From Octopus bimaculoides (lineage: Eukaryota): a stretch of DNA of 64,000 nt. The notes beneath the pieces were generated by a model. It was not told the DNA's origin. It searched no databases and saw only the letters and a program-made list of their open reading frames with translations. The position numbers and the translations under genes are program-made. This document shows, piece after piece, positions 1-13,215 of this stretch. The stretch spans positions 45,764,996-45,828,995 of the forward strand of contig NC_068987.1 of NCBI RefSeq assembly GCF_001194135.2. The letters are read 5' to 3'. The first letter of the stretch is position 1; each line of letters opens with the position of its first letter.

Positions 1-224
1 ATACATGGCTACCCCAACTGGAAAGAGAGAAAGAGATGGTGAGGGTGTACCCTTAAGGTAGAATGTGAACATAAGAGAGAGAATAAGGATAGACATAATG
101 ATGGTGGCTGTAGAGGTGGTAATTGAAATAGAGATGTGGGGTATTATAGTATTGGCCATAGTACTGATGGAAGAGATATTTTGCTGTATTTAACCACAGA
201 AAGGTGTTCTAGCAATGACCATCT

Positions 225-650
225 CATTTAGACATGGCCACATTTTTGAATTCACTATCTCTACCACACACAGACATGCTTAGGAAATCAAAAAACAGCA
301 CAGTACCCACGACTTTTGGAAACATTTTTTCACTCTCATAATTTTCAAAACATGGAATAAAATATCTGTGTCCATTGTTACCAGTCAGAACAACTGTATC
401 CTTAAAAAATTCCGAGCTATTTAAATTTGCCAACACTACTCTTGATATCCTTAAGCATCCTTGTTTTTTTTATGACACTTTTACTGTTCACTTTTCTGTC
501 TTTTTGTTCTTTTTTTTTACTCTGCATACTGTGCACATACTTCTTACTTTCATTGCCTCCTTTCTTTACTTGACTTATATGTCTGCTCCTATCCCTTCTT
601 TTAACCTTTTCCAACAAGCTGTAGAGCCTCTGAGCACTGTACACCAGCTT
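225..650 (+). mobile_element. CR1-group LINE 3' fragment (degenerate ORF2 C-terminus plus 3' UTR)
   Basis: Plus frame reads HIFEFTISTTHRHA*EIKKQHSTHDFWKHFFTLIIFKTWNKISVSIV, matching the CR1 ORF2 terminal motif (R..FF..RV...WN.LP..VV). It is homologous to the copy at 44250-44833, including the 3' gagcactgta motif. Confidence 0.8.
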
Positions 651-790
651 CATTCCTCTCTAGTCTTTGGACAACCTCTGAATTCAAAGTCCATGTATCA
701 CTACTATCTAGTATTGCTATTTGCCTATGTGCATCATACAATCTTCCTTTCACTTGGAGAGAGTGACCTTTGGTTGCCAACAAACATTCA
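645..790 (-). mobile_element. RTE-clade LINE fragment (C-terminal part of RT)
   Basis: Minus frame LLATKGHSLQVKGRLYDAHRQIAILDSSDTWTLNSEVVQRLERNEA matches the RTE motif K.RLY.A.V...LLYGSETW.L......RLE..E. It abuts the CR1 fragment tail-to-tail. Confidence 0.75.
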
Positions 791-827
791 CTGATGACCA
801 TCATATGATGTGAAGGCAAGGAGACAG

Positions 828-872
<45 letters not shown>

Positions 873-1221
873 TGAAACAAGAGAGCTTCTATGTTGATGG
901 TTTGACCTTCTTAGAAATAGCAACCAAATCTCCTTCAATTCACATCCTACCACTTTCTACAACAATGGGGTAGTCATAGCTAGAATGCCTTTAATCATTG
1001 GCAAAAATGCAATAAAAAAAAACATCTTTAAGCACACTACAATAACAATTTTTATTTGCTTTCCATCTTTTAGATTCTGTCTTTTCATTATATTTTCATG
1101 TTATTACTCCAAAAACTTTAAATATTTAACATTTTGTAGGTTTGGAATATTGAACCTCCCATGTTCATGGTGTTCTCACAACTGAATCATTTAAATCCAT
1201 TCTATAAATATTTTCCTTTTC

Positions 1222-1414
1222 TGGCTGTGTGGTAAGAAGCTTGCTACCCAACTATAGGGTTCTGGATTAAGTCTAACTATGTGACACCTTGAGCAGGGAT
1301 CTTCTACTATAGCCTTGGGCCGGTCAGAGCCTTGTGAGTAGATTTAGTAGACAGAAACTGAAGGAAGCCTGTCATATGTATATAAATATATATATATATA
1401 TATATGCATGCATG

Positions 1415-1472
<58 letters not shown>

Positions 1473-1690
1473 TGTCTGTCTACTACCACCACTGCTTGAT
1501 AACTGGTGTTGATGTGTTTACGCCCCTGTAACCTAGCAGTTTGGCAAAAGAGACCAATAGATTAAGTACCAGGTTTTTAAAAAATTAAGTACTGGAATCG
1601 ATTTATTTGACAAAAAATTCTTCAAGGCAATGCTCTAGCATGGCCACAGTCTAATGACTAAAACAAGTAAAAATTAAGAAAAAAAGATAA
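1222..1690 (+). mobile_element. SINE family A (tRNA-derived head, internal (TA)/(TG) microsatellite, A-rich tail)
   Basis: A-box-like tggctgtgtggtaag and B-box-like region, conserved body ccttgtgagtagatttagtagacagaaactgaaggaagcc, and tail catggccacagtctaatgactaaaacaagtaaaa. Many homologous copies occur in the window. Confidence 0.85.
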
Positions 1691-2369
1691 ATTTCATAAG
1701 CCTCAAGAAATTTGAAAAAAGTTGAATTATATAGTGTATGTCTGCCATATTTCCTGATATTATCCATGGTGGTAAAAGTACTCTTTCAAGGTGGATACAT
1801 CATAGGATGCATTGGACTCTAATATAATTAATGTTGCTTTATCTTTAGGACTGTCATTGTCTTGACTCTATTACATTTTACATTGGATATACAAGAGGTA
1901 TGAAATAATTTTACTATCAAATGCAATTAAAAGATTTGCTTAAAACTTATATTTGAACGAGATGCTAATACAAAAACTGCAGCTGTATATTGTAAATCTA
2001 TCAACTACAAGCAGGAAAAATTCTGTTTAGCTCTGAGGGATGGAATACACTTGTTTTGTAGAGAGAGAAAGATTAAGCAATCATTTTATGTTGAAGGTTT
2101 GGTGGGCTCAGGTGTTTGCTACAGCACTAAGTGTCAGAAGTATCTCACAAAAATAAGGAAACACAAAACAAAACAAAACAAAGCAAAAACAAAAACAAAA
2201 CTTATTACAATCAATTTTGGAATGCAAATATGAGATAGAAGTTGATAGCTAAATAACACCCTGAATAATATAATAATCCTGAATAATATAGTTCATCTTG
2301 AACATAAACAGTCAGTCATTTTGAATTTTGATATTGGCCAATGAACCGTTGTCTGCTTCTTTTTCCCTC

Positions 2370-2853
2370 ACCATCATCCTTTAATGTCCACTTTTCTATG
2401 CTTGCATGAGTCAGATGAAATATGTTGAGCAGGTTTTCTATGGATGAATGCCCTTCCTGTTGCCAACCCTCACCTCTTTCCAAGTAAGGTAATATTTTCC
2501 CATGGTCAGACATATTTTTCATGGAAGACTGGAAACAAATAACATCATTTGTCTAATGCCGATGCTTGTTAATGTCAAAACAAGGGTACACACACTCATA
2601 CACACATACATACCCCATACATACATACATACATACATACATACATACATCCATCCATACATACATACATACATATACCCTGGGCTTCTTTAGTTTCCAT
2701 CTGCCAAATCCATTTACAATACTTCGGTTGGCTTGGGGCTGTAGTAGGAGACACATGCCCGGGACTGAACCAGAGGTCACATGATCAGGAAGGAAGCATC
2801 TTAGCCATGTGGGACTGAACTAAAGACTAAACAGTTAGGAACTACAGTCATAC
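2370..2853 (-). mobile_element. Composite SINE (family A head + microsatellite + family C tail ending in (GAT)n)
   Basis: Reverse complement of the family A head lies at 2690-2853, and the family C tail (ggaagggcattcatcc...catgcaagcatagaaaagtggacattaaaggatgatg) at 2370-2610. Confidence 0.7.
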
Positions 2854-3229
2854 CTGTATCTATTTTTGTAAATTTTACACTACACTAAAATGAATATTAT
2901 CATTCTAGAATATATAATCAGGTAGACTTCAAAATGTTGATGACAGTATGGAGTCAAGAAGACTGATATTTGAAAACCTTAGTAAATTAGAAAATGAGTA
3001 AATTACATGTTTGATTACAACTTAAGGCCATATACTAAAACAAGCCAATCTAGTGTTGGTAATTATCTGTTTTAAGTAGCTGAGAGATAAAACTCCTCTT
3101 CAGTAGGATGTTGATCCATTAAGATTGTATCCCTAGTTAGAATAACTACTCTCTACTGCAAGTCAATGAGGTATACTCATCAATATCGCAGTGTTGCTGG
3201 TAAATAAAAAAGTGAAATTATTCTACATA

Positions 3230-3435
3230 TGCTTCATATTTAAAAAAGTGAGCTTCTGTGTGGTCACTTGAAATGTTAAAAATTGCTGCTAAATATCCTT
3301 CAAATCATTCCTACTGATTTATTATGAGGACAGGGCATACTAAATAATGTGTTTAGAAGATAGGATGGTCATGAATGGAATGTCGTTGATTATGGGTCTG
3401 CTTGTACAAAGTTGATGTGGGGTTAACAACAATTT
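3230..3435 (+). mobile_element. SINE-like family D with (ACA)n tail
   Basis: Conserved 3' block gatggtcatgaatggaatg..tttgat...ctgacctggggttaaacaacaa recurs at about 19420-19665, 22620-22740, 39820-40010 (minus) and 56360-56510. Confidence 0.6.
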
Positions 3436-3555
3436 AGAGCTTTGGAAATTCCATTTTTCAGAGTTGTCTCAGACATAGATATAACACCATGTTGGTGACA
3501 GGATACAAACCATTAAACTTTAGACTGGTTGACAGGTACTCTAATTACTTAATAT

Positions 3556-3593
<38 letters not shown>

Positions 3594-4430
3594 TATACTC
3601 ATGCATCAGATAGAAACACTAATATACATAAATACAAATAAATAAATAGACATGCACCCATTATCACAGAGAGATAGAGAGATAGTAACTATCTTTCTCT
3701 ATTATACTTCAGTGGAGCAATACACATATACATATTTACACTTCATATGTATCAGTGTATACATACACAAACATTTCTATTACATTGAAGCATATGCGAT
3801 GCAAACTACAAATACACTCTTGAAGATACAAATGCACAGACACACACATACACACATGAATCCACACCTAAACATATATACAGATGAATGGTAAGCCTAA
3901 CATGCTACTTGGTTTAACACTGACATCTGGTCGTTGGATACCTTTAACAAGGGGAAATCACATAATCTGGTGGTCTTGGCACCGCAGATGCGGAAATTTA
4001 CCCCCCCCCCACTAGCAATATAAATAAGAGTGCATTTTGCAACAAAAACCAGTATGAGAGTTTCTCTCATAGCATCTACTGTAGCAAAGTTTATTCTAAC
4101 AGAACATCCATGTTTAAGTGGAGATAGAGATTACCTTTAAAAAAGTTCACACTGTTATTAGCATACATACCAGAACCATAGTTTTCTGACATTGACTCCT
4201 GACTACAAGAACAATAAGTAAGGACTTCTTTCCTGTTTTCCTTTAAAAGGTTTACATTTATTTTTTACAAACCATTATGGACTGAAATTTTGTTCACAGG
4301 CTGTACCAGAGCTTAATTTTTTTACAACTACTTGTATAACCAATACCATGGAGTATTTTATAGGTTTTTCACAGCTGAGAGCCAACTTAAAAGAGACTCA
4401 AGAAATCATCTTTAAAATTTTAAATTGTAA

Positions 4431-4800
4431 CAGGGTGTGTTAGAAAAACCTTCTGTATTTTGGATAGTCATTGATGAGGTGCAAGTAAAATTAGGCAGAT
4501 GGTAGCAGTATCTTCGTGTAGCTAATGTTTTACTGGTTTTTTTTTGTTTTTTTTGCAGTTACCATTTTGTTTTCAACTAGTGTACACCATGCATTTGCTA
4601 TCGAAATGTTTATAAAGAATGGTGAATCTAGAAGGGTTTTCTTTTTTGATGCTCCCTGTACAAGGTGAACATGGATCATAATATTGAATTCACAAGTCTG
4701 AGAGAGTCTTAAAAGAACAAGGACACTACTACTGCTCTCCAGGTTAAACAACTAAAAACAATGGAGTGGAATGGTTACCCAAATGGTCAGAGTTCTAGTC
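4431..4800 (+). mobile_element. Degenerate Tc1/mariner-type transposon 5' remnant
   Basis: Starts with cagggtg, a typical Tc1/mariner-like terminus. It contains HAFAIEMFIKNGES, resembling the N-terminal HTH of this transposase group; downstream frames are broken. Confidence 0.45.
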
Positions 4801-6804
4801 TCTCCTGAAATGAAGTGGTTAAAGGCCGCAGGTTTATGGAGTGATGTGTTGTTGAATCAACTCTAGTACTTTACTGCTTCTTATTATCTAAATCTTCCAG
4901 TTTAGAAACTTCTGAGAACATTATCACTATTGCCTAATGTCATTGTCATTGTCATAGTTGTTGATGTTGTCATTGACATCATTGTCATCGCTGCTACTTC
5001 TGCTACAGCTATTATTTATCATCTGCATTCCATGTTGGCATGGGTTGGCCAGTTTCACAGGATCCAATGAATGAGAGGACTGCATTGAGTGCTTTGGTAT
5101 GGTTTTTATGACTGGATGCTCTTCTTAATGTCAACCACTTTACAAAATACTGGGTACTTTTTACATGCCATCAGCACAGTAGAGTCACTAAGTAACTCAC
5201 ATTACAGAGTTGAGGTGCAGTACCAAGGGAAGTGGCTTTGTTCGAGGTGCTTGAAAAATGTTCTTAGTTTAACGAATCCAAAAAGTGTGTTCAAAATCAG
5301 TCTGATTATAACTTTTGGTCCCTATTCTAGAAGGAGAGTGTTTTAATAAAATGAATATGAGCAATCTTTGATTTAAGATAAGACTATCAGGATCTTTTGA
5401 TGGCATACCATGAAATAGAAACCATTGTATTATCTGTTTGCAATTCCTGTAATATGATACTGAATCAGCCTTTCCATGGAACCAAATCGAAGATCAGTAT
5501 GTTTTGACTATTCAACCATAGCACGATTTAAAGTTCAACTAGTTTAATTGTGTCTATTTAATCATGCCACAGGTCAACATTTACATTGCATAAACTTTGA
5601 GTGGCTCTACCTGAACTGACATGATTTTCATTTCACAATTATTATATTATTCTTTACATTCTGGAGCCTAAATACATTTGAATGCAACAACAGCATTAAA
5701 AACAACCATAAGATAATAAAAATGATAAAAAAGCAATTATAAAGCTAGATATATAAATAAATAGAGAGAGGGGGAGAGGGGAGAGAGATGGAGGGAGAGG
5801 GAGAGGGAGAGGGCAGGAGAGGGTGAGAGAGGGCAGGAGAGAAAGAGAGAGAGGGGAGAGAAAGCGAGAGAAGAGAGCAGAAGAGGTAGAGAGCCAGAAT
5901 AGAAAGAATAATTCTATGAGAAATAAGTACATTTTAATCTGTATCTCTTAGAGAAGTCCCTCCATTTCCACCAGTTTTCAAGCATGAGGAATCTCTCTCA
6001 CATCAATAGCAACCACTACCATTTGTATTGCAATGGTTACCATTACTTAAACTCTTAATGTGAACACCACCTTCAATATTCTTAAAAGCACACACACTCA
6101 CACACAGGTGGTGACAAACACACACATATATATACAGTCACATACATATGCCAAGCTCAAGCTATATACATAATGAAAGATGACACATAATGTACACTTA
6201 TGCACACACACACACACACACACACACAAATACACACACATACATGTATATACACACATATACACACCACTAACTAGACAGAACAAACATAAAAACAAAA
6301 ACACAACATCCATACTCTACATGCTCACGCATGTACACATACATATTAAGCACTAATTAGACATACAATAAATATAGCACATCAATCACAGTCAACGTGC
6401 ACACACACACATACACACACATACACGCACACATGCACACATACACACTCTTACTATGCACAGCATACACATACCCACACAAACACAGACACACAATTCA
6501 AGCACAGACATACACATACAAAGGCTGACAAAATATTTAATAAGGACATATTTAAAAAGACAAAAAGTGTTCATCTTTTTCAAAATCCATGTTTGTTCGT
6601 TTAATCTTTTTTCCTGGAGATTTCTTAGAAGATAAGCAACTTAATAGGAACATCTGCGCTTTTCATTTCATCACTACTTTTATAGGTTGCACTTGCTGCA
6701 GTGCATTTGCTAGCATTGCAAAAATCTTAAAAGAAACAACTTTTTGGTAGGAAAAAAAAAAGGATAATTTAGTGAGATTAATCATGTATTATAATATACT
6801 GCTA

Positions 6805-7113
<309 letters not shown>

Positions 7114-7116
7114 AAC

Positions 7117-7785
7117 GTGGCAAACTGGCAGAATCATTAGCACACTGGGTGAAATGTTTAGTGGTATTTCGTCTGTCTTCACGTTTTGAGTTCAAATACT
7201 GCTGAGGTCAACTTTGCCTTTCATCCTTTCAGGATTGATAAATTAAGTCCCAGTTGTGTACCAGAGTCGATGTAATTGATTTATCCCCTCCCCCAAATTG
7301 CTGGCCTTCTACCAAAATTTGAAAAGAGGTAGCAAGATGGCAGAATTGTTAGCACACCAGGCAAAATGCTTAATGGCATTTCGTCCGTCATTATGTTCTG
7401 AGTTCAAATTCCACCAAGATTGGCTTTGACTTTCATTCTTTTGGGGTCAATAAAAATAGTACCAGTTGAGCATCGAGGTCAATGTCATCAACTTATCCTG
7501 CCTCTGAAATTGCTGGCCTTGTGCCAAAATTTGAAATCATCATTGTTATCATTATTATTAAGGCAGCAAGTTGGCAGAATCATTAGCACACTGGACAAAA
7601 TGCTTTGCAACATTTCTTCTAGCTTTACATTTTGAGTTCAAATTCTGCTGAGGTTGACTTTGTCTTTCATCTTTTCAGGGTAATAAAATAAGTAGCGGTC
7701 AAGCACAGCGATCGATGTAATCAACAAGTCCTCTCCTCCCAAACGTCAGGTCTTGTGCCTATAGTAGAAAGGATTATTATTATCG
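7117..7785 (+). mobile_element. Three head-to-tail copies of SINE family B (tRNA head, CORE-like central domain, (ATT)n tail)
   Basis: Copies at about 7117-7326, 7328-7560 and 7561-7785. Each has ggcagaatc.ttagcac...gagttcaaat (A/B boxes) and gactttgcctttcatcctttcaggg..gataaa.taagtaccag. The CORE-SINE assignment is inference. Confidence 0.85.
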
Positions 7786-8434
7786 TTTTCATTGTGAAGG
7801 TGCATGGCCTAGTGGTTAGGTATTTGGCCCATGGTCATATGTGCATGGGTTCAATTCCTGAATTGGACAGTATGTTGTGTCCTTAAGTAAGATAATCATC
7901 TGAACTGAATATCAGACACTGAGTGCTGGTACAGTTTTCTCTCTCCCTCCAACTGTAACATCCTGGATGCTTGAATGGATCAGAAGGTGAGAGGGCAGAG
8001 AAAATGCTTGTGTTTGCTCATCCTCACATAGGCACTTAAAGCAACCAGTGAAAGCATGGTACATGTTAGCAAGTCATCTTTGATACTCAGTGAAAGTAGC
8101 AGTATTCACTACACGTGATTTTGCATCGTACTCAGTATTTGGGTGTATTATCAAGTGAAGGTAAATGGAAAAATAATTTTTTTTTTAAATAAGCATCTTC
8201 TAATAAAGCGAGAGGAATTTAATTTCTTTTGTTTATTCTACCTGGTAGTGGGACAAAAAAAAAAATTCATTAATTTGCAAAATAAAAATTTTCTTCTATT
8301 TGTAAATTAATAACATGGCTTCAAGAAATGGCTATGAAAATAAAAAGGAAAACTAATACATTCTTACAGATAGCAAACAGAGGGGAAAAAAATTCAATTC
8401 CTCAGCAGAATACACATATTTTACAAGAAAATTA

Positions 8435-8756
8435 ATAGCCTCGGGCCGACCAAAGCCATGTGAGTGGATTTGGTAGACGGAAACGGAAAGAAGCCCGTCG
8501 TATATATGTATATATATGTATGTATGTGTGTGTGTATATGTTTGTGTGCCTGTGTTTGTCCCCCCAACATCGCTTGACAACCGATGCTGGTGTGTTTACG
8601 TTCCCGTAACTTAAGGTTCGGCAAAAGAGACCAATAGAATAAGTACTAGGCTTACAAAGAATAAGTCCTGGGGTCGATTTGCTGAACTAAAAGCGGTGCT
8701 CCAGCATGGCTACAGTCAAATGACTGAAACAAGTAAAAGAGTAAAAGAGTAAAGAG
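8435..8756 (+). mobile_element. Young 5'-truncated SINE family A copy
   Basis: CpG-retaining sequence gcctcgggccgaccaaagcc...gacggaaacggaaagaagcccgtcg, ending in the (GTAAAAGA)n tail. Confidence 0.85.
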
Positions 8757-9699
8757 TTTTCATAATTTTCATACAGAAAGTAGCAACATTATATTGAATA
8801 ATTTAAACATGACTGATGATAGCAACAACATACACACATTTCCTCCTACCCTACTGGAAAAAAAACAAGTGAAAAATTTTATTTGAGTGATAAAGACAAT
8901 CCCAGGTCTTTCTTTTTGACTAATGCTGCTCCAATAGACAGACTTCAGGATAGTATGAATTGCTGAATGAAGAAAAGATTTAGAATCAACATTAATTTAT
9001 TGACAGCTTAGACTTCATATCTGAGTACGTGCCCACTGTAGATGCAAACAATAATTCTTTCACTAAAGTGGTTGATCTTTATCGCTGGCTATTTCCAGTT
9101 CCTCTGCTCATTAACATGTGATGAGTCACCACTGACTTAAGCAAGTTCCTCTACTGTATTACCACATCCACCAGCTATGGTTTCAATGTCACCCAGGCAG
9201 GGGATATTTTATTGAGTCCTCTAGATTCACTGCATTTTGCTCAAAACAAGGCACCTCAAGATAAATATGGCTCTTCACCATGCACAGCACCCTATAGTGT
9301 GAGGAGGCTAGGAGCATATCCATTATATCACCTCTGATTCTCAGAGTTTAGAATAGATCTGATACAAAACTGCCACTGTCAATTGTTTTTTTATTTGACT
9401 CGTGAAATTTATGTCTCTCTCTCTCACACACACACACTCACACACTACATACTCCTGCTAGTTCTTGTCACTCTTGACTCCTGAAGTCAAAATAGGAATG
9501 GCTCAAACTAGCATTTTATGGTGTGTGCAGTGCAAACACTGAAGGTTGATATTGCCACTCCCTGGATGTTATGACTACATACTTTTAGATCTGTAGCATA
9601 TTTTTTCAGATCCATTTTTGCTGTTAACCTTATTGTTAGTTTTGAGTACTATGCACACAGTTCTGTTGACTTTGCCTCAACTGTAGGAGGTGATATTAT

Positions 9700-10060
9700 T
9701 CTGCACATTGGCTAGAGCCACTTGTAATTGCTCATTCATGGGCATGAGAAAGCCCCTGTAGCTTTTAAGATTCAGGAATTTGTTATTTTTCCGTCTCACT
9801 GTTCAATAAGGAATTGAGACAAGGATGCACTCTCCTTTGTCACATATCTCAGCCAGGCACACCTTTTCTTCATTATAATGAAGAAAAGGAGTTCAGCCAA
9901 CTGCCCAAAATGGTAGATAATTATCTATCATTTTGGGCAGGTTGTCCGGACCAATACCACTTTTTCTTTCCATGTGTTCTTGTCTTCCATGATATTTTTG
10001 AGATCTTCTTTAAGTTGACCTAATTGACAATAGTATGTCAGAGAAACAAGAAACTATTAT
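9700..10060 (+). pseudogene. Possible highly decayed L1/Tx1-type reverse transcriptase remnant
   Basis: aaggaattgagacaaggatgcactctc translates as KELRQGCTL, resembling the RT motif RQGCPLSP. Little other support. Confidence 0.35.
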
Positions 10061-10109
10061 TGATATTATTAGATAAGATACTCTGTCAAATACTATATTC
10101 CTTTGCCTT

Positions 10110-10285
10110 CACCCTTTTGATATAAATCTGCCAAAGATCACTGCTAGTCCTATGATATAAGCTTCCTGTTTTAAAGTGATCTTAAATTAGAAATTTCACA
10201 ATGATGATCATTTTCCAAGATTCTTTATTACTGTCAAATTTAATTGGCGTATTTCAGCAGAAATATTGTAACAAAAGGGTTTAAA
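10110..10285 (-). mobile_element. piggyBac-like MITE family 2 (partial copy)
   Basis: Termini cccttttgata... and ...gtaacaaaagggtttaa; homologous to 40688-40914. Confidence 0.6.
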
Positions 10286-11174
10286 GATTTCATAGAATCT
10301 TTCATATAAAATACACAAACTAAAGGATGATAGAGCTGTTTTTAAGAATGAGTGAGGTAATGAGAAACTTTAGATCTACTACATTTACCAAACCATTACT
10401 GCCCTGCAAGTAATGGGGAGATGGGAAACCAAGGACCTACCACATTTAACACGGGAAATCTGCATCATAAACATTCAAATATGTTGAATGCAGGCAGAAG
10501 CATCAGCGAGAGTGTGGAAGCAACAGATTTCATTGTCAGGTAAGAGCAGACATTGAAAGGAGGGAGGGGCATGGAAGATGTAAATTATCCTGACCCTGGC
10601 AGCAGGTGATACTAGGAGAGATTAAGGGGGTAGTTGTGAATGAAAAAAACATGATGATGACGATGATTATGATGATGGTAGTGGTGGTGGCGGTGATAAG
10701 GAAGATTAAAAAGACTACAATGTTGATCTCGGCACACCACCCTTAGTCTAACATATGTTATTCAAGTTTTGATCAGCTGAGATAAGCTTTATTTTGTTAA
10801 GGAGTTTTGTTTATCTAGACATCACTAAGATTATGTCTTGTTTTTGTTAATGACATATGCATATATGGGGTTGGTGGTGGCATGTGGTGATTTTTAGTGG
10901 TGATGCAGGCTTATAACAGTGGAATAATGTTGTGATTCTCACTGTGTGTGGCTGTATTCATAATAGGAAGTGATAGTGAAGTTGATGCAGTTTAGCCCCA
11001 GGTCAGCCTTCATTAATTACATCCATGATCAAAAGGATTCCAAACATGACCTTATAATTTTTTTTTCTATTTAGGCATAATGTATTTATGGCTACATTGC
11101 ACGTGTCCTTCCTTTTTTTAAGATAGTAAGAAAAGATTTGGTTGCTATTTTTAGCATGATGAAAGACCGTATAG

Positions 11175-11322
11175 AACGGGTATGGGCAACCTGTTTTTGA
11201 GAAGCAGGTTGCATGGGGCATAGCTCATCTTCAGGTAGGTCACACTTCCGAGAAAAATTCAAGATAATTTTTCATTAGGCATTCTGAGATTCTCAGTGGG
11301 TTGCAGTTTTGCCTATGGCTGA
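11175..11322. mobile_element. Possible hAT-like MITE with degenerate TIRs
   Basis: Left cgggtatgggcaacct versus reverse complement of the right end cagccataggcaaaac; resembles CAGGGATGGGCAAC-type hAT ends. No TSD confirmed. Confidence 0.35.
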
Positions 11323-11354
11323 TGTTGAGGCTATTGTGATACTTGTTTTGTGTG

Positions 11355-11385
<31 letters not shown>

Positions 11386-11387
11386 GT

Positions 11388-11570
11388 ATGGGAGAATTTA
11401 CGAAAAAAACAACAACAGACGAGGACAGGTGGTGTAAACAACAAAAGGATGTATTAGTTTAACACTTGGGAATAGAGAAAGTCTTTAACGTTTCGAGCTA
11501 TGCCCTTCAACAGAAAGAAATAAGGAAAAAAACAAGGAGAAAAAAATTTAAATGTAGTGGTCAGCGATCT
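11388..11570 (-). mobile_element. Short interspersed element carrying a minimal hammerhead-ribozyme motif (PLE terminal-repeat-like), flanked by (TA)n
   Basis: Minus-strand 11518-11482 folds as a type I hammerhead. A homologous partial copy lies at about 55840-55932. Confidence 0.6.
11482..11518 (-). ncRNA. Candidate minimal type I hammerhead ribozyme (core CUGUUGA variant)
   Basis: tcttt CTGTTGA a gggc-ata-gctc GAAAC GTT aaaga: 5-bp stem I, 4-bp stem II, loopless palindromic stem III (AACGTT). Confidence 0.55.
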
Positions 11571-11581
11571 ATATATATATA

Positions 11582-11968
11582 TAGGCATAGCTGTGAGCTA
11601 AGAAGGTTGCTTCCTAACCACATTTCTGGGTTCAGTCCCACTGCGCAGAACTTTGGACAAGTGTCTTCTACTATAGCTTTAGACCAACCAAAACCTTGTG
11701 AGTGAATTTGGTAGATGGAAACTGAAAGAAGCCTGTTGTGTGTGTGTGTGTGTGTATCTCTGTTTGTCCCATCCACCATTTGGCAACTGGTGTTGGTGTG
11801 TTTATGTCCTCGTAACTTAATGGTTCAGCAAAAGATAATGTTAGAATAAGCATCAGGCTTAACAAAAAATGAGTACTGGAGTTGATTCATTCAACTATAA
11901 ATTCTTCAAGGTAGTGCCCCAGCATGGCCATGGTCTTATGACTGAAAAAGGATAAAAGACAAAAAGAG
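11582..11968 (+). mobile_element. SINE family A full-length copy
   Basis: Same head, body and tail as 1222-1690. Confidence 0.85.
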
Positions 11969-12065
11969 TGATTGTGATGGTGGTGTACAGACCTAAAATG
12001 GTAAGCAGTGCTGACAAATGGGTGATGGTATGGGATAGTGTAAGATTGTGGTTATAATCCAATAT

Positions 12066-12240
12066 GGATGGCTGAGTTCAGGTGTTGCACTCATGAACAT
12101 GAGATTTTGGTTTTTATCCCCAGACAAGCTATGTGTTGTGTTCTTGAGCAAAATACTCCACTGCTAAACATTGCTCCAGTCTACTCAGCTGTGAATGGGT
12201 ACCCTTGTGATGGATTAGTGTACAAGGGAGTGATGGTGAC
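12066..12240 (+). mobile_element. tRNA-headed SINE family E
   Basis: Block gtgttgtgttcttgagcaaaatac...ttgctccagtctactcagctgt is shared with 43205-43440; the related head is also at 7797-7890. Confidence 0.5.
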
Positions 12241-12829
12241 TCATGAAAATCACCCAAATGGAGTTCTCAGGGGTCAGGTTTTGTATTCAGCAATTGGAAG
12301 GATGAATAGTGCAATCCATACTGTAAATCCTGAGTGGTTGGCATTGGTTGTTCAACCATGTCAAAGGTCATCATCGTCATCATGGACACTGTAAAGGTGA
12401 TGGTAGAAAACAATATGTACTGATATGGTGAACCAGTCTAGTGAGGTATGATTTGAGAAAGGCTATTTCTAGCAGAATAACAAGTCATGGTGGTGGTGGT
12501 AGCTGACACTGACATAATTTTAAAAAATCAGAGACAGATATAATATATGTTGTCTGAGACAACACTATACCTTGTGGAGAGAAAATATATAAGTTGAAAT
12601 TACTTTTTACATTCAGTTTTCCATGCTGGCATGGGTTAGACAAGTATATATTATTGAGGCATTGTTTTAAAGTAGGATGTTCCTCCTGTTACTCACCTTT
12701 ACCTGTTTTTAAGTAAAGGATCTCTTATTCCACATATTTATAAATGCTCAGTGTGAGTGGAGGAATTGTTGACAGGAAAATGACAACAAACTTCACTGTT
12801 TTGTCGACCAGCAATGTTTCATATGAAGC

Positions 12830-13215
12830 ATGCAGGATGTAAATACACCTACCCATAAATCACACACCTACACACACAGAGCAGAAATTTGCAACTGGTC
12901 CTTCTGGTGGTGTAAAGCTCTTGTAGCAGTGCCACATAAAAGTACCCATGCAGTACTATATAAAAGTGCCCCTGCAGTGCCATGTAAAAGTGCCCATGTA
13001 ACACCATGTAAAAGCGCCCTTGCAGTGCCACATAAAAGCACCCAATACACTCTGTAAGGTGTTGGTGTTAGGAAGGGCAGCCAGCCATAGAAACCATGCC
13101 AAATCAGACTAGAGCCTGGTGCAGCTCTTCAGCTTGCCAGCTCTGGTCAAACTGTTCAACTCATGCTAGCATTGGCAACAGACATTAAATGATGATGATA
13201 ATGATGATGATGGAA
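12830..13215 (+). mobile_element. Family C element with internal 24-bp minisatellite and (GAT)n tail
   Basis: Five units of gcagtgccacataaaagtacccat-like sequence at about 12926-13045, then ggaagggcagccagccatagaaac...catgctagcattggcaacagacattaaatgatgatg. Confidence 0.7.

Noticed and set aside
7117-7785. Regularly recurring units of about 210 bp that superficially resemble a repeat-spacer array
   Set aside because: The units are whole diverged SINE copies in a eukaryotic genome, with no short repeat plus unique spacer structure and no cas genes.
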